Shown here: piece by piece, positions 11,420 through 24,801 of the stretch
Position numbering within the stretch: position 1 is the first letter of the stretch
Layout of the letters: each line of letters starts with the position of its first letter
NCBI RefSeq assembly: GCF_009914755.1
Contig: NC_060937.1
Reading direction: 5' to 3' (one strand)
DNA from: the human T2T-CHM13v2.0 reference genome, Homo sapiens
DNA: 64,000 bases
Notes under the pieces: model-generated
Database searches by the model: none
What the model was told of the DNA's origin: nothing
What the model saw: only the letters and a program-made list of their open reading frames with translations
Translations under genes and position numbers: made by a program

Positions 11420-13440
11420 TTGTCATTTATTCAACAATTTTTAACAATTATTCTGTGCCCAGCACTGTGCTAGGCATTAAATATAGAATGGCTCAAAAAA
11501 AAAAAAAAGGCGGCATGGATTGTCCTGAAACTTAACATCTAGTCAAGTGACAAGCATTAGCAAAAAATAAATATGCTACTAATTTTTACTAAAAATAACA
11601 GTGGTCTATATGAAAACAACAGAAACAACTTAATTCAGATTAACTCAAAAAGTGACTTTCAGCTAACGCCTGAAGAATGAGTGGTCATTTGCCAAGATCA
11701 TGTGGAAGGAAGGATATTTCAGTTAGAGGAAAGAAAGTGATGAAGACGTTAATGCAAGGAAGAGCTTGACACCTTAGAGTAATTAAATGACAACGTCTCT
11801 GGGATGTAATGGTCAAGAGTGATGAGACAGTGTTAGAGAGGAAGGCCAGGGTATGATAATATAGGACATTTTCAGGCCACATTTATAAACTGGGATTTTA
11901 TTCTAAATACAATGAGTAATATAAGAGGGTATGAAATATGGTAATGAGATGCATAAGGACATTTCAGTCAACAATGGATTGCATATAGACAGTGGTGCCA
12001 TAAGATTATAATAAAGCTGAAAAATTTCTACTGCCTAGTGATCTTATAGCCATCATAATGTCATAGTGCAATGGATTAACTCTTCTATGTTTAGATACAC
12101 CAATTCTTACCAGTGTGTTACAATTGCCCACAGTATTCAGTATAGTAACGTGCTGTACAGGTTTGTAGTCTAGGATCAATAGGCTATACCATATAGCCTA
12201 GATGTGTAGTGGGGCTAGACCATCTAGGTTTGTGTAAGTACACTCTATAAGATACACAAAAGGATAAAATCGCCTGATGATGCATTTCTCAGAAGGTATC
12301 CCCATTGTCAAGCAATGCATGGCTCTACATTAAATAAGTGTGGGGCATGGTAGCTTGATTGTTGTAAGAGGAATGGGTGGAAAAAAAAAAGACAGGGAAG
12401 TCAAGATGAGAATTTAACTTAGAATAAAGTGGTAACAGTTGTAGTGGAACAACATATGTAGATTCCAGATATATTTTTGAGGAAGCAGTGGCAGGACTCA
12501 TTTTTAATTTTAACGTGGCAAGTATAGAGAGGCAAAGGGAGATCTCAAAGATCCCTTCCACTTCTCTGACTCAGGTAACTCAAGTAACTCTGACTCAAGT
12601 TTAATGAATTCTTACAACAGAAAGACCAGACAGAGTAAGGTTAGGTTTGGCTCAAAGACTGAGAGTTAGTTTTGGATATGTTAAGGAACTTAAGTTGCCT
12701 TTTTGATATTCATCAGATGTCAATGAGAAGTTGACTATAAAAAGAGTCTAGCTATTGCAAGAGTGGTCATAGTTGGGAGTATAAATTTGAGAGCTATTGC
12801 CTTCTAAATGGTATTACACATCAGGCAAATAGGTGCAATCATCTAGTGAGAAAGGTTAGAATGAAAACTGAGGACAGTCTGAAGCCAGACTACAGAATTC
12901 CAATTCCAACATTTAGAAATAGCTTAGAGTAGGAAGCAACTGTTGTGGAACTGGGGAGGAGAGCAGGTCAGAGGCAAGAAAACAACACTTGACTAGAAAG
13001 TGTGGTGTCTAGACCACGCAGAAAAAGGACAAGTTTGCTAAGCTAACAACTAAAAGACATTGCTTTTGGCTAGACTTCTGAGATTTTAGCAAAAGGTGTT
13101 TCTTGGGAAAAGTAAGGGGCAAATCCCAACTGGTTTGAGTTAAAGAGGGAGAGGCAGGTAAGAAAGTAGAAACACTGTAGCAGTATAGCAGGTGATGAGA
13201 ATTTTGGCTACACAGAGGAAGGGAAAAAGTGAGTAGGGCTAGAATGACATGTGAACAAATAAAGTTTTGTGTTTTTGTCTTTTTAAAAAGGTATGAATTA
13301 TTAGAGCGAATTGGTAAGCTATACAGGAAGATCCTATGGATGGGACAGAACAAGTACACAGGTGGAGAAGGGATACCTAAAGAACAAAAGTCAGAAAAGT
13401 ATTGGTATTTGAGAAGATAAGAGATCTCCATTGACTGCAA
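11420..13440 (-). mobile_element. L2 LINE, interrupted by Tigger3a
   Basis: L2 3'-end motif TCATTTATTCAAC...TGTGCCCAGCACTGTGCTAGG, followed by the typical purine-rich L2 body. Boundaries are approximate. Confidence 0.7.
11939..12325 (+). mobile_element. Tigger3a (MER7A/Golem) DNA transposon
   Basis: TA-flanked degenerate TIRs. Internal CATAAGATTATAAT, GCTGTACAGGTTTGTAG and TGATGCATTTCTCAGAA motifs. Confidence 0.88.
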
Positions 13441-15432
13441 AGAAGAATAGCCTAAGATGGTCCAGATTGAAGGAGACTTAGTAAAAAGAAGATGACGTTA
13501 ATATGGGAAAGAATGAGGGCCAAATATTTTATAATTATTTTTAGCAAATTTGATACATTCTTACTAATTATAAAATATTTTAAAAATAAACTACATGTAT
13601 ATGTTTATGTAAATTTATACATGTAAATTTATATTACATTTTTATTAAAAAATAAGCAACAAATATGGTTAAGTATACACCCCACTGGGCAATGCAGATT
13701 TCCCCGCTTACACTTTGTCTTATAAAGCAATTGATAGCTTTTCTTGTATTATGAGACCTAAATGACATTCTTGACTTATATTTTAAGGATAGAAATAAAT
13801 GCCAAACTTGTATAAATGTCTGAGAGTGCATTTCATGAAATATACTGCTAGAAACCATCAGAAGTTGAAGGGCTTATAGCTCTAATATAAAGCCAGCTTT
13901 ATTCTGTCTGGAGAAATCTGGTAATACATGCAGTAAAACATAACAGCCCAATAAAGAATGTTGTTTTCAATTGTTTTCTTCTCCACAATCTTACATTTGC
14001 TGGAGATTTTAGTTTAGTCTCCTCTGTTTCGTAAAATACATCTGCAAGAAGCTGTTACATAATGTTTGCTTATTATAACAAATCTGAAAAAAAGTATTTT
14101 CTTCCTACATTGTTTACTTTAGTGATTTATTCTCTTCCTCTCATCCTTCAATTGTGACTTAAAACTCTAAAATCCAGTTTTAGTTCCACTGAGAACCAAA
14201 TGACTCATTATTAGGTGTTGTGGTCAGAGATCTTTGTCTCTTTCTTTTCTTCCTTCCCTTTCTCCTTTCTTTGCTTCTTTTCTTTGCTTCTTTTTTTCCT
14301 TCATTTCTCTTTTGACCTGCCTGCCAACCTGCCTGAAGATTTGAAGTTGAAAAGAAGTGAGCCATAAATATTCTTCCAAGGCCACTTTTAGTTCTCTGAC
14401 TCAACATTGTTGTAAAATGATCAATATTCTCATCAATAAGTTAATAAGTTTGGAACCAAGAAAAAGAGAAAACCTGTCAGCAATTGCGTATATAATCCAA
14501 TTAGCCAAGGCAGCCCCTTACCTACCACTGGGGTTTAGTGGCTGGCATTTGTTCAGAATGCCCACAAACTGTCCTTATTTTAGAGTTGTACGTGGAAAGC
14601 TGCCCAGAATAGAAATCCTAATTATAGGTCCAATGGCAGTGGCAATATCAGGAAATATCAGGACAGTTTTTCGAACAGGAAACTAATGAGGCTTATTCTA
14701 TGTTTACTTATTTGGAACTTTTGGAAAAATTTAAACAATAAGTAACCTTTGAGTTGTAGAAAAGAAAACTAGTACTTTTTCTAACACATATAATCAAAAT
14801 TTAATCAGTACCAAATGGAATTTCATAAAGCTACCTAATCTCTTCTATTTTAAATACATTTATTAAACTATACCATCCTATGAGAATGACAGTTATGTTC
14901 TTAAATTGTGTTACCAGTAGGCTTAAGCATCTTCATAAGTGGTCATCATGTGATCTCCTTTCCTTTGCTACTCCAGAGACTCACAGGGTATTTACCTTCT
15001 TATATTTAGCCGAGTATTGCACGTGACAACTTATGTTGACTTTTTTCTTGCTTTGACTTTAATGATTTTCTTCCTTGAAAGTTGTGGCCCATTTTGCAGA
15101 ATCTCATCAGAACAAGTTTAAAGCCAAACCAAATTAGAATAGTCAACATATTTCTAGAGCAGTGCAGAATAAATTTTCATAATGCTTTTCTCAGCTTTAA
15201 TACGAAATGTACCTTAATTGAATTTTCAATAACTGTCAATATTGTCCAGGAAGAAATTATTCCAACCTGATATGTATTTTATGATTTCCCTGAAATGAAG
15301 TAATTGTGGACTTTAATATTCTTGTCAATGGACAGCTTGGCATCAGGATTAACTATTGGGATAAATCACATTTTTGCAGCGATCTCAGTTTCAGGAAAGA
15401 AAGGATTCTTAAGTTAGACTTTAAAAAATGAG

Positions 15433-16078
15433 GATATGGAGAAATAGGAACGCTTTTACACTGTTGGTGGGAGTGTAAATTAGTTCAACCATTGTGGAAG
15501 ACAGTGTGGCGATTCCTCAAGGATCTAGAACTAGAAATACCATTTGACCCAGCAATCCCATTACTGGGTATATACCCAAACGATTATAAATCATTCTGCT
15601 ATAAAGACACATGCATACATATGTTTATTGCAGCAGTGTTCACAATAGCAAAGACTTGGAACCAACCCAAATGCCCATCAGTGATAGACTGGTTAAAGAA
15701 AATGTGGCACATACACACCATGGAATACTATGCAGCCATAGAAAGGATGAGTTCATGTCCTTTGCAGGGACATAGATGAAGCTGGAAACCATCATTCTCA
15801 GCAAACTAACACAAGAACAGAAAACCAAACACTGCATGTTCTCACTCATAAGTGGGAGCTGAATAATGAGAACACATGGACACAGGGAGGGGAACATCAC
15901 ACACTAGGGCCTGTCAGGGGGCTATGGGAGGAGCCCTAATGTAGGAGACGGGTTGATGTAGATGACGGGTTGATGGGTGCAGCAAACCACCATGGCACGT
16001 GTATATCTATGTAACGAACCTGCACGTTCTGCACATGTACCACAGAACTTAAAGTATAATTAAAAAAAAATAAATTAA
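15433..16078 (+). mobile_element. 5'-truncated L1PA (PA6-8-like)
   Basis: ORF2 C-terminus ([28 protein letters not shown]), 3' UTR and A tail. TT|AAAAAATGAG endonuclease site with TSD at 15423-15432 and 16079-16088. Confidence 0.93.
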
Positions 16079-16455
16079 AAAAAATGAGAAACATTCAGAA
16101 AGCAGTTCTGAATGCCATCCTCATCGAGGGAACCATAATGATGTAGGCTCATTGTGGATCTCTCTTAAAATCCATTTTCTTTTGCCCCATCTCTAAATTA
16201 TTATCTCCTTGTTTTTCTGTTTCTGATATAGTTCCCATGTACTCAATGTCAGCCTGCCTGATTTCTCACTTTTATTTATCATGGTCCCTAAAATCAAGGA
16301 TATAATTTGGAAGGCTGTCACAGTAGGTTTCAAGATTTTGTAATTTGACAATGGCACATTGCTGTGTAATGGTATTTGTGAGATAATGCAAGTATTTTCT
16401 ACCAATAGCAACTCATGTCATAATTTTAGAAAAATAAGAAAAAGACAAAAAAAAA

Positions 16456-16856
16456 CAGGATAGTTAGTGAAAGAAGGTAGTTATAAATATCAACTATAAC
16501 CATGTAATCAGTTACATAAATGAGGACTGTTAGTATTTCCCCCTTATTTTGTTAAGAAATGTTTGTGTGTGTATAATAAATACCTTTTTCTCCCTCTCTT
16601 ATTCCTTTATTATGTATTATATAATGTATTGATTTATTAACATAATATTTAAGTATTGTTCAATTTACATCATAGTATTTTTTAAGTTACAGGATGTCAA
16701 GGAGAAGAGTAAACATCAAGAACTTTACCTCCTTTTCTGGGGATTGGGTAATGCATATTCAGTTGTATGTGGGATAGTTGTATTATGTAAAGTGGAGTTA
16801 TGACCTTGTTATTGTGTTTATTTGGAGATTAAATATGATTTAAAGAGATGTGAATG
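16456..16856 (+). mobile_element. ERVL (HERV-L/ERVL-B4) internal 3' fragment with no adjacent LTR
   Basis: GAAGGTAGTTATAAATATCAACTATAACCATGTAATCAGTT...GAGGACTG and TTATTTGGAGATTAAATATGATTTAAAGAGATG match the ERVL region between integrase and the 3' LTR, as I recall it. Confidence 0.75.
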
Positions 16857-17098
16857 AAAAAAAAAGAAAAAGAAAAGAACAAAGGAGATATAAAACCTTC
16901 AAAAATGTTTCCATGAATAAGTGAAAACTTAGCTGCATTAAACATTTTACCAAACATTTTCACATACTTTATCTCAAATGTCATCTTTCTGGCAATCTGG
17001 AATTTTTACCAATAGAGATAAATAGTGCTAAATAGAATGTGTGAGCAAGGGAGAAAATAATTTGTATAGTATAGTAGTTACATATAATATAATTGCCT

Positions 17099-17112
17099 AC
17101 ACACACACACAC

Positions 17113-17143
<31 letters not shown>
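17099..17143. repeat. (CA)n microsatellite
   Basis: AC run with one G interruption. Confidence 0.97.
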
Positions 17144-20100
17144 GGACCTATATGCCGTGTATACATATGTAGGTATGTAAAATAACCTGAACAATTATTG
17201 TTATAACTTCCCACAAATAAATCACTCCTTTTTCTTAACTTAAACACAAAGAAAAAAAATTTCCTTCTAACTTTAAGTAGAAACTATTTTACGTACAACT
17301 TCCCAGGAGAGTCTTAGAAATGACAAGCCAAATCTAAGCCCACAGCATATGATATGATTGTCAACAATCTGACTTTTGACTATTCATGTCATATTGTAAA
17401 TGAAATGGCTCCTTGACTAACTCTCTGAGATGGCAACCAGCTGTGCAATGGTTGGTTACTCATTGCATTTTAATTAGTACTTGCTCTCCATAAGAGAGGA
17501 TTAAAATTGTTACAAATGTTTGCTAATAAACTAAAGAGATTGACAATATTTTATTCTTGGAAGCATTTTTGACACAGTGTGTTGACATCAGAGAAAAAAA
17601 GCAAAAGTCTCTTATGACAATGCCCTTAGGCTTATTAGTATAATCTATTAAACTTCAATTAGCAATTTTAACTTGGTCTGTATTAGCACTAAAAAGATAC
17701 TCTGAGTTTAAGTTACGAGATTATTTTATTTCCAACATGTTTTGATGTTCACATCGTAAACATTTCTGATGCACATTGTAACAGAAAACACTCAAATTGC
17801 TTAAACCGTTTCACTGAGGAAGTAAAATTAGATTCTTGAGCAAAGGGAGGAACTAAATTGAAATTTTAAAATTCTAAGATATATATTAAAGGCAATGATA
17901 AATTATACTGTAGTTTTTGCCTTTCAGAAACTGAGGAGCAGCCAAGATCTATTTTTACTTCATTTATCAGGACTATCACATAGCAACTTGATAGTTGCAA
18001 ACAATTAGCCATTAGATCCTTTTGAAAGATCTTTTGCCTCTCTTATCTTTCAATATTTAAAATGATTTAAGAATACTATTTTTAAAGAAAATTGAGAGTA
18101 AAAGGAACTGAATTAAAATTCAGGAAATATGACTATACCTACCAGACTCTCTCTTACTTTGCTGTGGATCATATGGGAAAGCCTTTCTATTTGCGTTGAG
18201 ATGTGATTCCTCCATGAAAAGCCAGATACACCCTGTCTTTGTTTGGAGAAATAATTTAGGTTCTTAGCCCTGGAATGAATAAGGCCTCTCCTGTGTGGAA
18301 ATAGCATTAAAATTGAATTGTCCATGTATTATGTTTATGTTTTTGTTTATTCTGATTTTTCATATGGAAGTGTTTTTATACTTACTTTACTATCGGGCTT
18401 CTTTACAAACCTTAATTTGAAATGGTCCTAAAGTTTTCCTCCTATTTTTTATGTTATCTATGCGACATAAAACGTGAATGTGTACATGTGAATGGCTTAA
18501 GGCTATATTAGCTGGAATAAAACTTGGCACTTTGCTTATTTTTGTCTTGCTTTATTGAATCATAGAAAGTTTGGGCCCAAGGGATATTAACAATAGTCCA
18601 CTTTTTTATATTGCAAATGAGCAAAGACATTTAGAAGGTTTGATTGGCTTATCCAAGGAGATGCATGAAGATGGTGAACAGCTAACACATAACTGACAAA
18701 ATATTCTAATGGGTTTCCACTATTCTACAGTATAATTGTACTGAAGATTTTTGTTGTTGTTGTTTGTTTTTTGTTTGTTTGTTTGTTTTGCTTTTAGAAG
18801 TCACTCTTGGCTCCAACATTATCCAGTCAAATTATTTTACTGAAGCTTTCAAACCTGGTTAAAGTTCTGATACGTGAATATTTTGTCACATCTTTTTGCA
18901 AAGTTTAGTTTCATGATAAGATAATGGCCACCTGAAGTCAGACCAAAGGCAGCTGAAACAATATCTCTCATTATCATTCTTGGGATGTTTCCTCATAAAG
19001 CTACTGGTTTGGATAAGAGTCTATAAATGACTAAATTACAAGGTCACAACTTTGAAGAGTAAGACATTTACTTAGATCACGGTCAGCTCCTGTCACAAAG
19101 AAATAAAACCGAAACCTACAGATATACAAAGGGTAGATTTTGATCTAAGGCAAACTTTATATTGCCATCGATGGATTAGAGGTTCAATTACATAGATTTT
19201 AGTAAATTGGTTCAACGCCATGCATTATCATGCAACAGGGATGACCAAGTACTAGCAAAATATAGAGTATACAGAGAAACACTAGAAAATGAAATATATG
19301 TCATTCTGGGTGAATTTTTAAAAGCAATTAAAAAAATCTAATCATCACCTAAAAATTGAAAAGAATAAGCTTATGCTCATTGATAACTGATTGTGTTTAA
19401 TGACTTTCACATGCAATAACAGTCTATCTTCCTATTTCTCTGTTCATAAAAAGTTATATTCATGGAAACAGTGCAATTATACCATTCATCTCTCATGAAG
19501 AGATTTAGTCATTTAATTTCCATTTAATACTTTACATGTTAGATTACAACTAAAAATACTTACATCTACTTGTTAAATAAGCATAAACAAAATATTCTCT
19601 GCTTTGCTTCTGACTTGCATTTGAAAATATAATTGTCGTCTCTTTTTCAAGGATGAGTGATCAAATAATTCATACGAATTACTGTGCCTCCTCCCATTTT
19701 TATATTCATCCTTAAAATCATTAAAATTTTAATAATTAATAGTGATTTATTTTTGCTTGATATATAAGGTAATGACATGTAACTGGAATTCCATTAAGGC
19801 ATTCATATAAATTTTTAAAATCTCTTTTAAATGGCTTTTGTCAATTTAAACATTAAGCTAATTTTATACCATTTAATATTTATTATTTCTAATTTAAGAC
19901 CGAACGTACTTCCAAAAATTATAAAACACACACCTCACAATAGAAGACATAGGTGAAAAAACTATTAAAATATTTTTAAAGTATACAATGTAAGAGGTAG
20001 AAGTAAAATACTAAGCCCAAAGTCAGAAAAAAGAATGTTCAAAAAGCTATTATAATTGAATATGGTCACGTGCCACATAATAAGATTTAGGTCAACGACA

Positions 20101-20282
20101 AACACATATATGACAGTGGTCCCATTAGATTATAATGGAGATGAAAAATTCCTATTGCCTAGTGACTTTGTAGCCATGATAATGTCAAAGCATAACACAT
20201 TACTGACCTGTTTGTCATGATGCTGTTGTTAAACCTATTGCACAGCCAGCTGTATAAAAGTGTATCATATACAATACATAAG

Positions 20283-21052
20283 GAGTAGGGCCTCCATATC
20301 TGTGAGTTCTGCATCCACAGATTCAACCAATGGTGGATCAAAAATATTTTTAAAAAATTACATCTGTACTGAACATGTATAGATTGGTTTCTTGTCATTC
20401 TTCCTTAAACAATACAGTTACAACAACTATTTACATAGTATTAGATATTACTGTCCGCATTAGTCCATTCTTGCATTGCTATAAACACCTGAGACTAAGT
20501 AATTTGTAAAGAACAGGAGTTAAATTGGCTCACAGTTTTGTAGGCTGTACAGGAAGCATCTGCTAGCATCTGCCCAGCTTCTAGGGAAGTGTCAGGAAAC
20601 TTGCAATCATGGCTGAAGGCGAAGTGGAAGCAGGCATATCACCTGGTGAAAGCAGGAGTGAGAGAGAGAGAGGGGAAGCATCAAACATTTTTCAATGACC
20701 AGATCTCATGCAAACTCACTCACTGTCATGAGGACAGTACCAACAAGATGGTACTAAACCGTTAATGAGAAATCCACCCCATAATCCAATCACCTCCCAC
20801 CAGGTGCCACCTCCAACTCTGGGGATTACAACTAACATGAGATTTGGGTGGGGAGACAGTTCAATATTACTGTATTTGCATCGTACTAGGGGTTATAAGT
20901 AATCTAGTAATGAATTAAAGTGTATAGGAGGATGTGCATAGGCCATGGGCAAATACTATGACATTTTATATTAGGGACTTGAACATTCACGGATTTTCGT
21001 ATCTTAGGGAGGTTCTAGAACCAATTCTCCCATGGATAATGAAAAATAGCAG
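20283..21052 (+). mobile_element. MER2 (Tigger family), split by the MSTA LTR
   Basis: CCTCCATATCTGTGAGTTCTGCATCCACAGATTCAACCAA ... GGAGGTTCTAGAACCAATTCTCCCATGGATA. Confidence 0.85.
20456..20863 (-). mobile_element. MSTA-like MaLR solo LTR
   Basis: CATTAGTCCATTCTTGCATTGCTATAAA...TTGGCTCACAG...GGCTGTACAGGAAGCAT...CATGAGATTTGGGTGGGG. Confidence 0.88.
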
Positions 21053-21421
21053 TCACTGATAATGATAATAAATGACTATGTTACAGGTTGATATACTTAC
21101 TATACTTTTATTGTTCTTTTACAGTGTACCCCTTCTAGTTATAAAATTAAAAAGTTAACTGTCAGACAGCTTCAGGTCCCTCAGGAGGTATTCCAGAAGA
21201 AGGCATTGTTTTCATAGGAGATGACAGCTCCATGCGTGTTACTTCGCTCCATGCGAAGGCCTATGAAGACCTTCCAGTGGGGCATGATGTGGAGCTAGAA
21301 GACAGTGATATTGATGACCCTGACCCTGTGTAGGCCTAGACTACTGTGTTTGTGTCTTACTTTTTACAAAAAAAAAAAAAAAAAAAAAAAAGTTTTAAAA
21401 GTTAAAAAAATTTTAAAAATT

Positions 21422-21805
<384 letters not shown>

Positions 21806-22599
21806 CTATACAATGTGTTTGTATTTTTAAGATAAATGTTATTACAAAATGTCAAAGTTAAAAACTTTAAAGTTTATAAAGTAAAAACATTACGGTAAGA
21901 CAAATTTATTATTGAAGAAAGAGAAAATATTTTGTATACATTTAGTGTAGCCAATGTGTACAGTGTTTACAAAGTCTACAGTAATATCCTAGGCCTTTAC
22001 TTGACTCACCACTCACTCACTGACTCACCCAGGGCAACTTCTAATCCTGCAAGCTCCATTCACAGTAAGTGCCCTATGTAAGCGTATACATCTTTTACAT
22101 TTCATATTGTATTTTTACTGTACCTTGTTTATGTCTAGATACACACATACCATTGTGCTACAATTGCCCACAATATTCAGTACAGTGACAGGCTATACAG
22201 GTTTGCAGCCTAGGAGCAAGAGGCTGACCACATAGCCTGGGTGTGTAGTAGGCTGTAGTATCTAATTTTCTTTGAGTACAATCTATGATGTTCACACTAC
22301 AACAAAATCGCCTGATGTCATTTATCAGAACGTTTTGCTATCATTAAATGACTCATGACTGTTCTAAGTTTAAATTTTACTTTTACTAAAGGCAAGGTGG
22401 AAGACTATTTAAAGCAATTCCATAGTGAGAGTTCTCTCACCAGCATTTTCAAAAATCTACACACATGGACACTGTCTTAAGCAACTATTATAGGCATGAA
22501 GCAAACAGCAGAGGCACATTAGTTCAGGCAAAGTCCCGACTGGAAACATCTCGGGACAAGTTTTCCAGTCTGAATGGAGGCTCGGGGACCTAAAAAAGC

Positions 22600-23046
22600 A
22601 TGGCTTGGGAATGAGCTACAATAAAAAAAGAAACATGATTATGGAGATAGGGAACTCCTACGATATACTGTCTGCAAGCTGGAAAACCAGGAAAGGTGAT
22701 GGTGTAATTCAGTCTGAGTCTAAAGCCTGAGAAGCCAAAGGCATAACTCCCAGTCTGCATGGGAAAGGCCTTAGAACCAGAAGCACTGACGTTCAAGGTC
22801 AGATCCATGTCCCAGCTCAAAGAAAGAATTTGCCCTTCTTTGACTTTTATGTTCCATTTAAGCCCAGAAGAGATTGAATATTGTTCACCCTCATTGGTGA
22901 GAGCAGATCTTCTTTACTCAATCTACTGATTCAAATGCTAATCACTTCCAGAAACACCCTCACAAACACACCCAGAAATAATATTTTTCCAGCTATCTGG
23001 GCATCCTTTAGCCCAGTCAGGTTGGCACATAAAATTAACCATCACA
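22600..23046 (-). mobile_element. MLT2 (ERVL) solo LTR
   Basis: CTGTCTGCAAGCTGG...TACTGATTCAAATGCTAATC...CCCTCACAAACACACCCAGAAATAAT...CATAAAATTAACCATCACA. The left boundary is approximate. Confidence 0.88.
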
Positions 23047-23199
23047 CATATTCTCTCAGAATCCTGTACACTGAACATAGGCAGGACCATTATTCCTGCC
23101 TGCCTTAGTGACTCCTTCTCTTCCTTCCAGATACCATTTAAGCCTTCCTCCTCCAACAAGTTTACCCTCCTATCTTAGGTGGATTTTGTGACTAGGGGC

Positions 23200-23358
23200 T
23201 AAGATGCCTACCTCCATATTAGCATTTTATATGCTATGCTTTAATTGTTGATTTACGTCTCTATCTTCTCCATCAGAGGTTGTGCCTACAATTTTTCTGT
23301 GCCTAACATATAATAGACAATAGATATTTGTCAGATTTAGATTGAATAAATAAATGAA
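23200..23358 (+). mobile_element. L2 3' end relic
   Basis: GTGCCTAACATATAATAGACAATAGATATTTGTCAG...GAATAAATAAATGAA. Confidence 0.45.
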
Positions 23359-23599
23359 AGGATACTTTGGCTAAATCTTGAAGACTGAATAAGATGAGAA
23401 ACATAAAGGAATGACAAGCAAAGGCAGCAGCATGTCTGAAAGTCTGAACGCGTAAGACTGCATGAGATATACAGAAGAGAAAAGACTTCCATATGGAAAC
23501 TCTTAATGCTCACTTCATCACACATCTACTAAATTCAGAACCATATGGTTATGGGATTTGCTAGGAAGTGGCAGACAAAAAAGTGGGAAAGCTGAGGAT

Positions 23600-23800
23600 T
23601 ATAACAGACACTGTTGGTTGCTTGTCTAGTAGCCATTCCTCCCTTCCTCCTTCTAACAAAACTTGCATTAAGTAATGTGCTTCAGGGACTGCTTATCCTC
23701 AGGTTCAGGAGGGAAGAAGTGGGCATCCTCTCATTCTAAGGCAATCAAGGTGGGTACATTCGCGTCGTCAATATTGGTGTAGACCAATGATTATCTGATG
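23600..23800. mobile_element. Possible old ERVL-class LTR fragment
   Basis: AACAGACACTGTTGGTTGC...AGCCATTCCTCCCTTCCTCCTTCTAACAAAAC resembles old ERVL LTR ends. Family uncertain. Confidence 0.35.
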
Positions 23801-24539
23801 CAACGTACCCTTACAAGTAGGTGAAAGTCCACCCATGCAATTACAAATGGCAGGTACTTCATTCATTTGTATTGATTATTCACTTCATACTAATTGGAAT
23901 AATCTCAGGCTATTACTACTACTACTTAACAATTGTCGTCTATTAAGCATGCTCTCTTCCAAGCACTATAGCAGGTGTTTTACACATCTCCTGTAAAAGG
24001 AGGCTTATGTGCAAGGTCTTTGTTGTGGTGAGGAGATCAGGACTGACAATTTCTGGACAACCTATCAATGTTCTTTAGCTAATCCATTTTGTTCAATAAA
24101 GTCCAGTGCACCTTGACCTCAGTGACTAGAACAGGAGAAGACGTCTTTTTATACATGCAGTGGATTAGAAATCAAAGCGAGAGAGAGAGAGAGAGAAATT
24201 AGAAATTTTATTAAACAGCTTCCTTCTCCATCTCAACCCGGTTTGCAAAGGGGAACATTCTGTATGACTTGGTATTCTTATCTAAATAAATGTGATACTG
24301 ATTTTAACGAACCCACCATGGCAAAGACTTGGCTGCTCCAAGACCTCTATTTCAGTTACATGTTATTGCTTACTGGTAAGCCATCAGGTAGAGGTGAGTC
24401 TAAGATGAGGATTACAGATTATACATTCTCAAGATGAGGATTATAGCAGATTCTCTTTCTGATGAGAATCAGCTCTCTTAGATTGTTCTCCCTCCCGTTC
24501 CTGCCCACAGCAATGTCAGCCTGTCACAGAAATGTCACC

Positions 24540-24801
24540 CTGAAAGCAGAAAGCAGAAAAGGGGAAGTGAGCTCATGTGAAGAGACCAAATGAGAGAGGA
24601 GGCCTTTTTTTAAATAAAGACCTGTCTCCTGATTAATCCAGTTCCATTGAGAGCGAGACTGCATTAATTCCCTCTTGCAGGGTGGATGCTTCAGGACCAA
24701 AATACGTCTTTAAAGGTCCCAACACTTCTCAACACTTTTACATTGGCAATTAAATCTCAGCATGAGTTTTGTCCGGGATAAGCCACACTCAAACCATAGC
24801 A
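24540..24801 (-). mobile_element. MST-family (MSTC/D-like) LTR fragment
   Basis: TTAAAGGTCCC...TCTCAACACTTTTACATTGGCAATTAAATCTCAGCATGAGTTTTG...CAAACCATAGCA. Confidence 0.75.

Noticed and set aside
14357-14686. 109-aa ORF in unique sequence
   Set aside because: Non-ATG start, no recognisable domain and no coherent exon structure.
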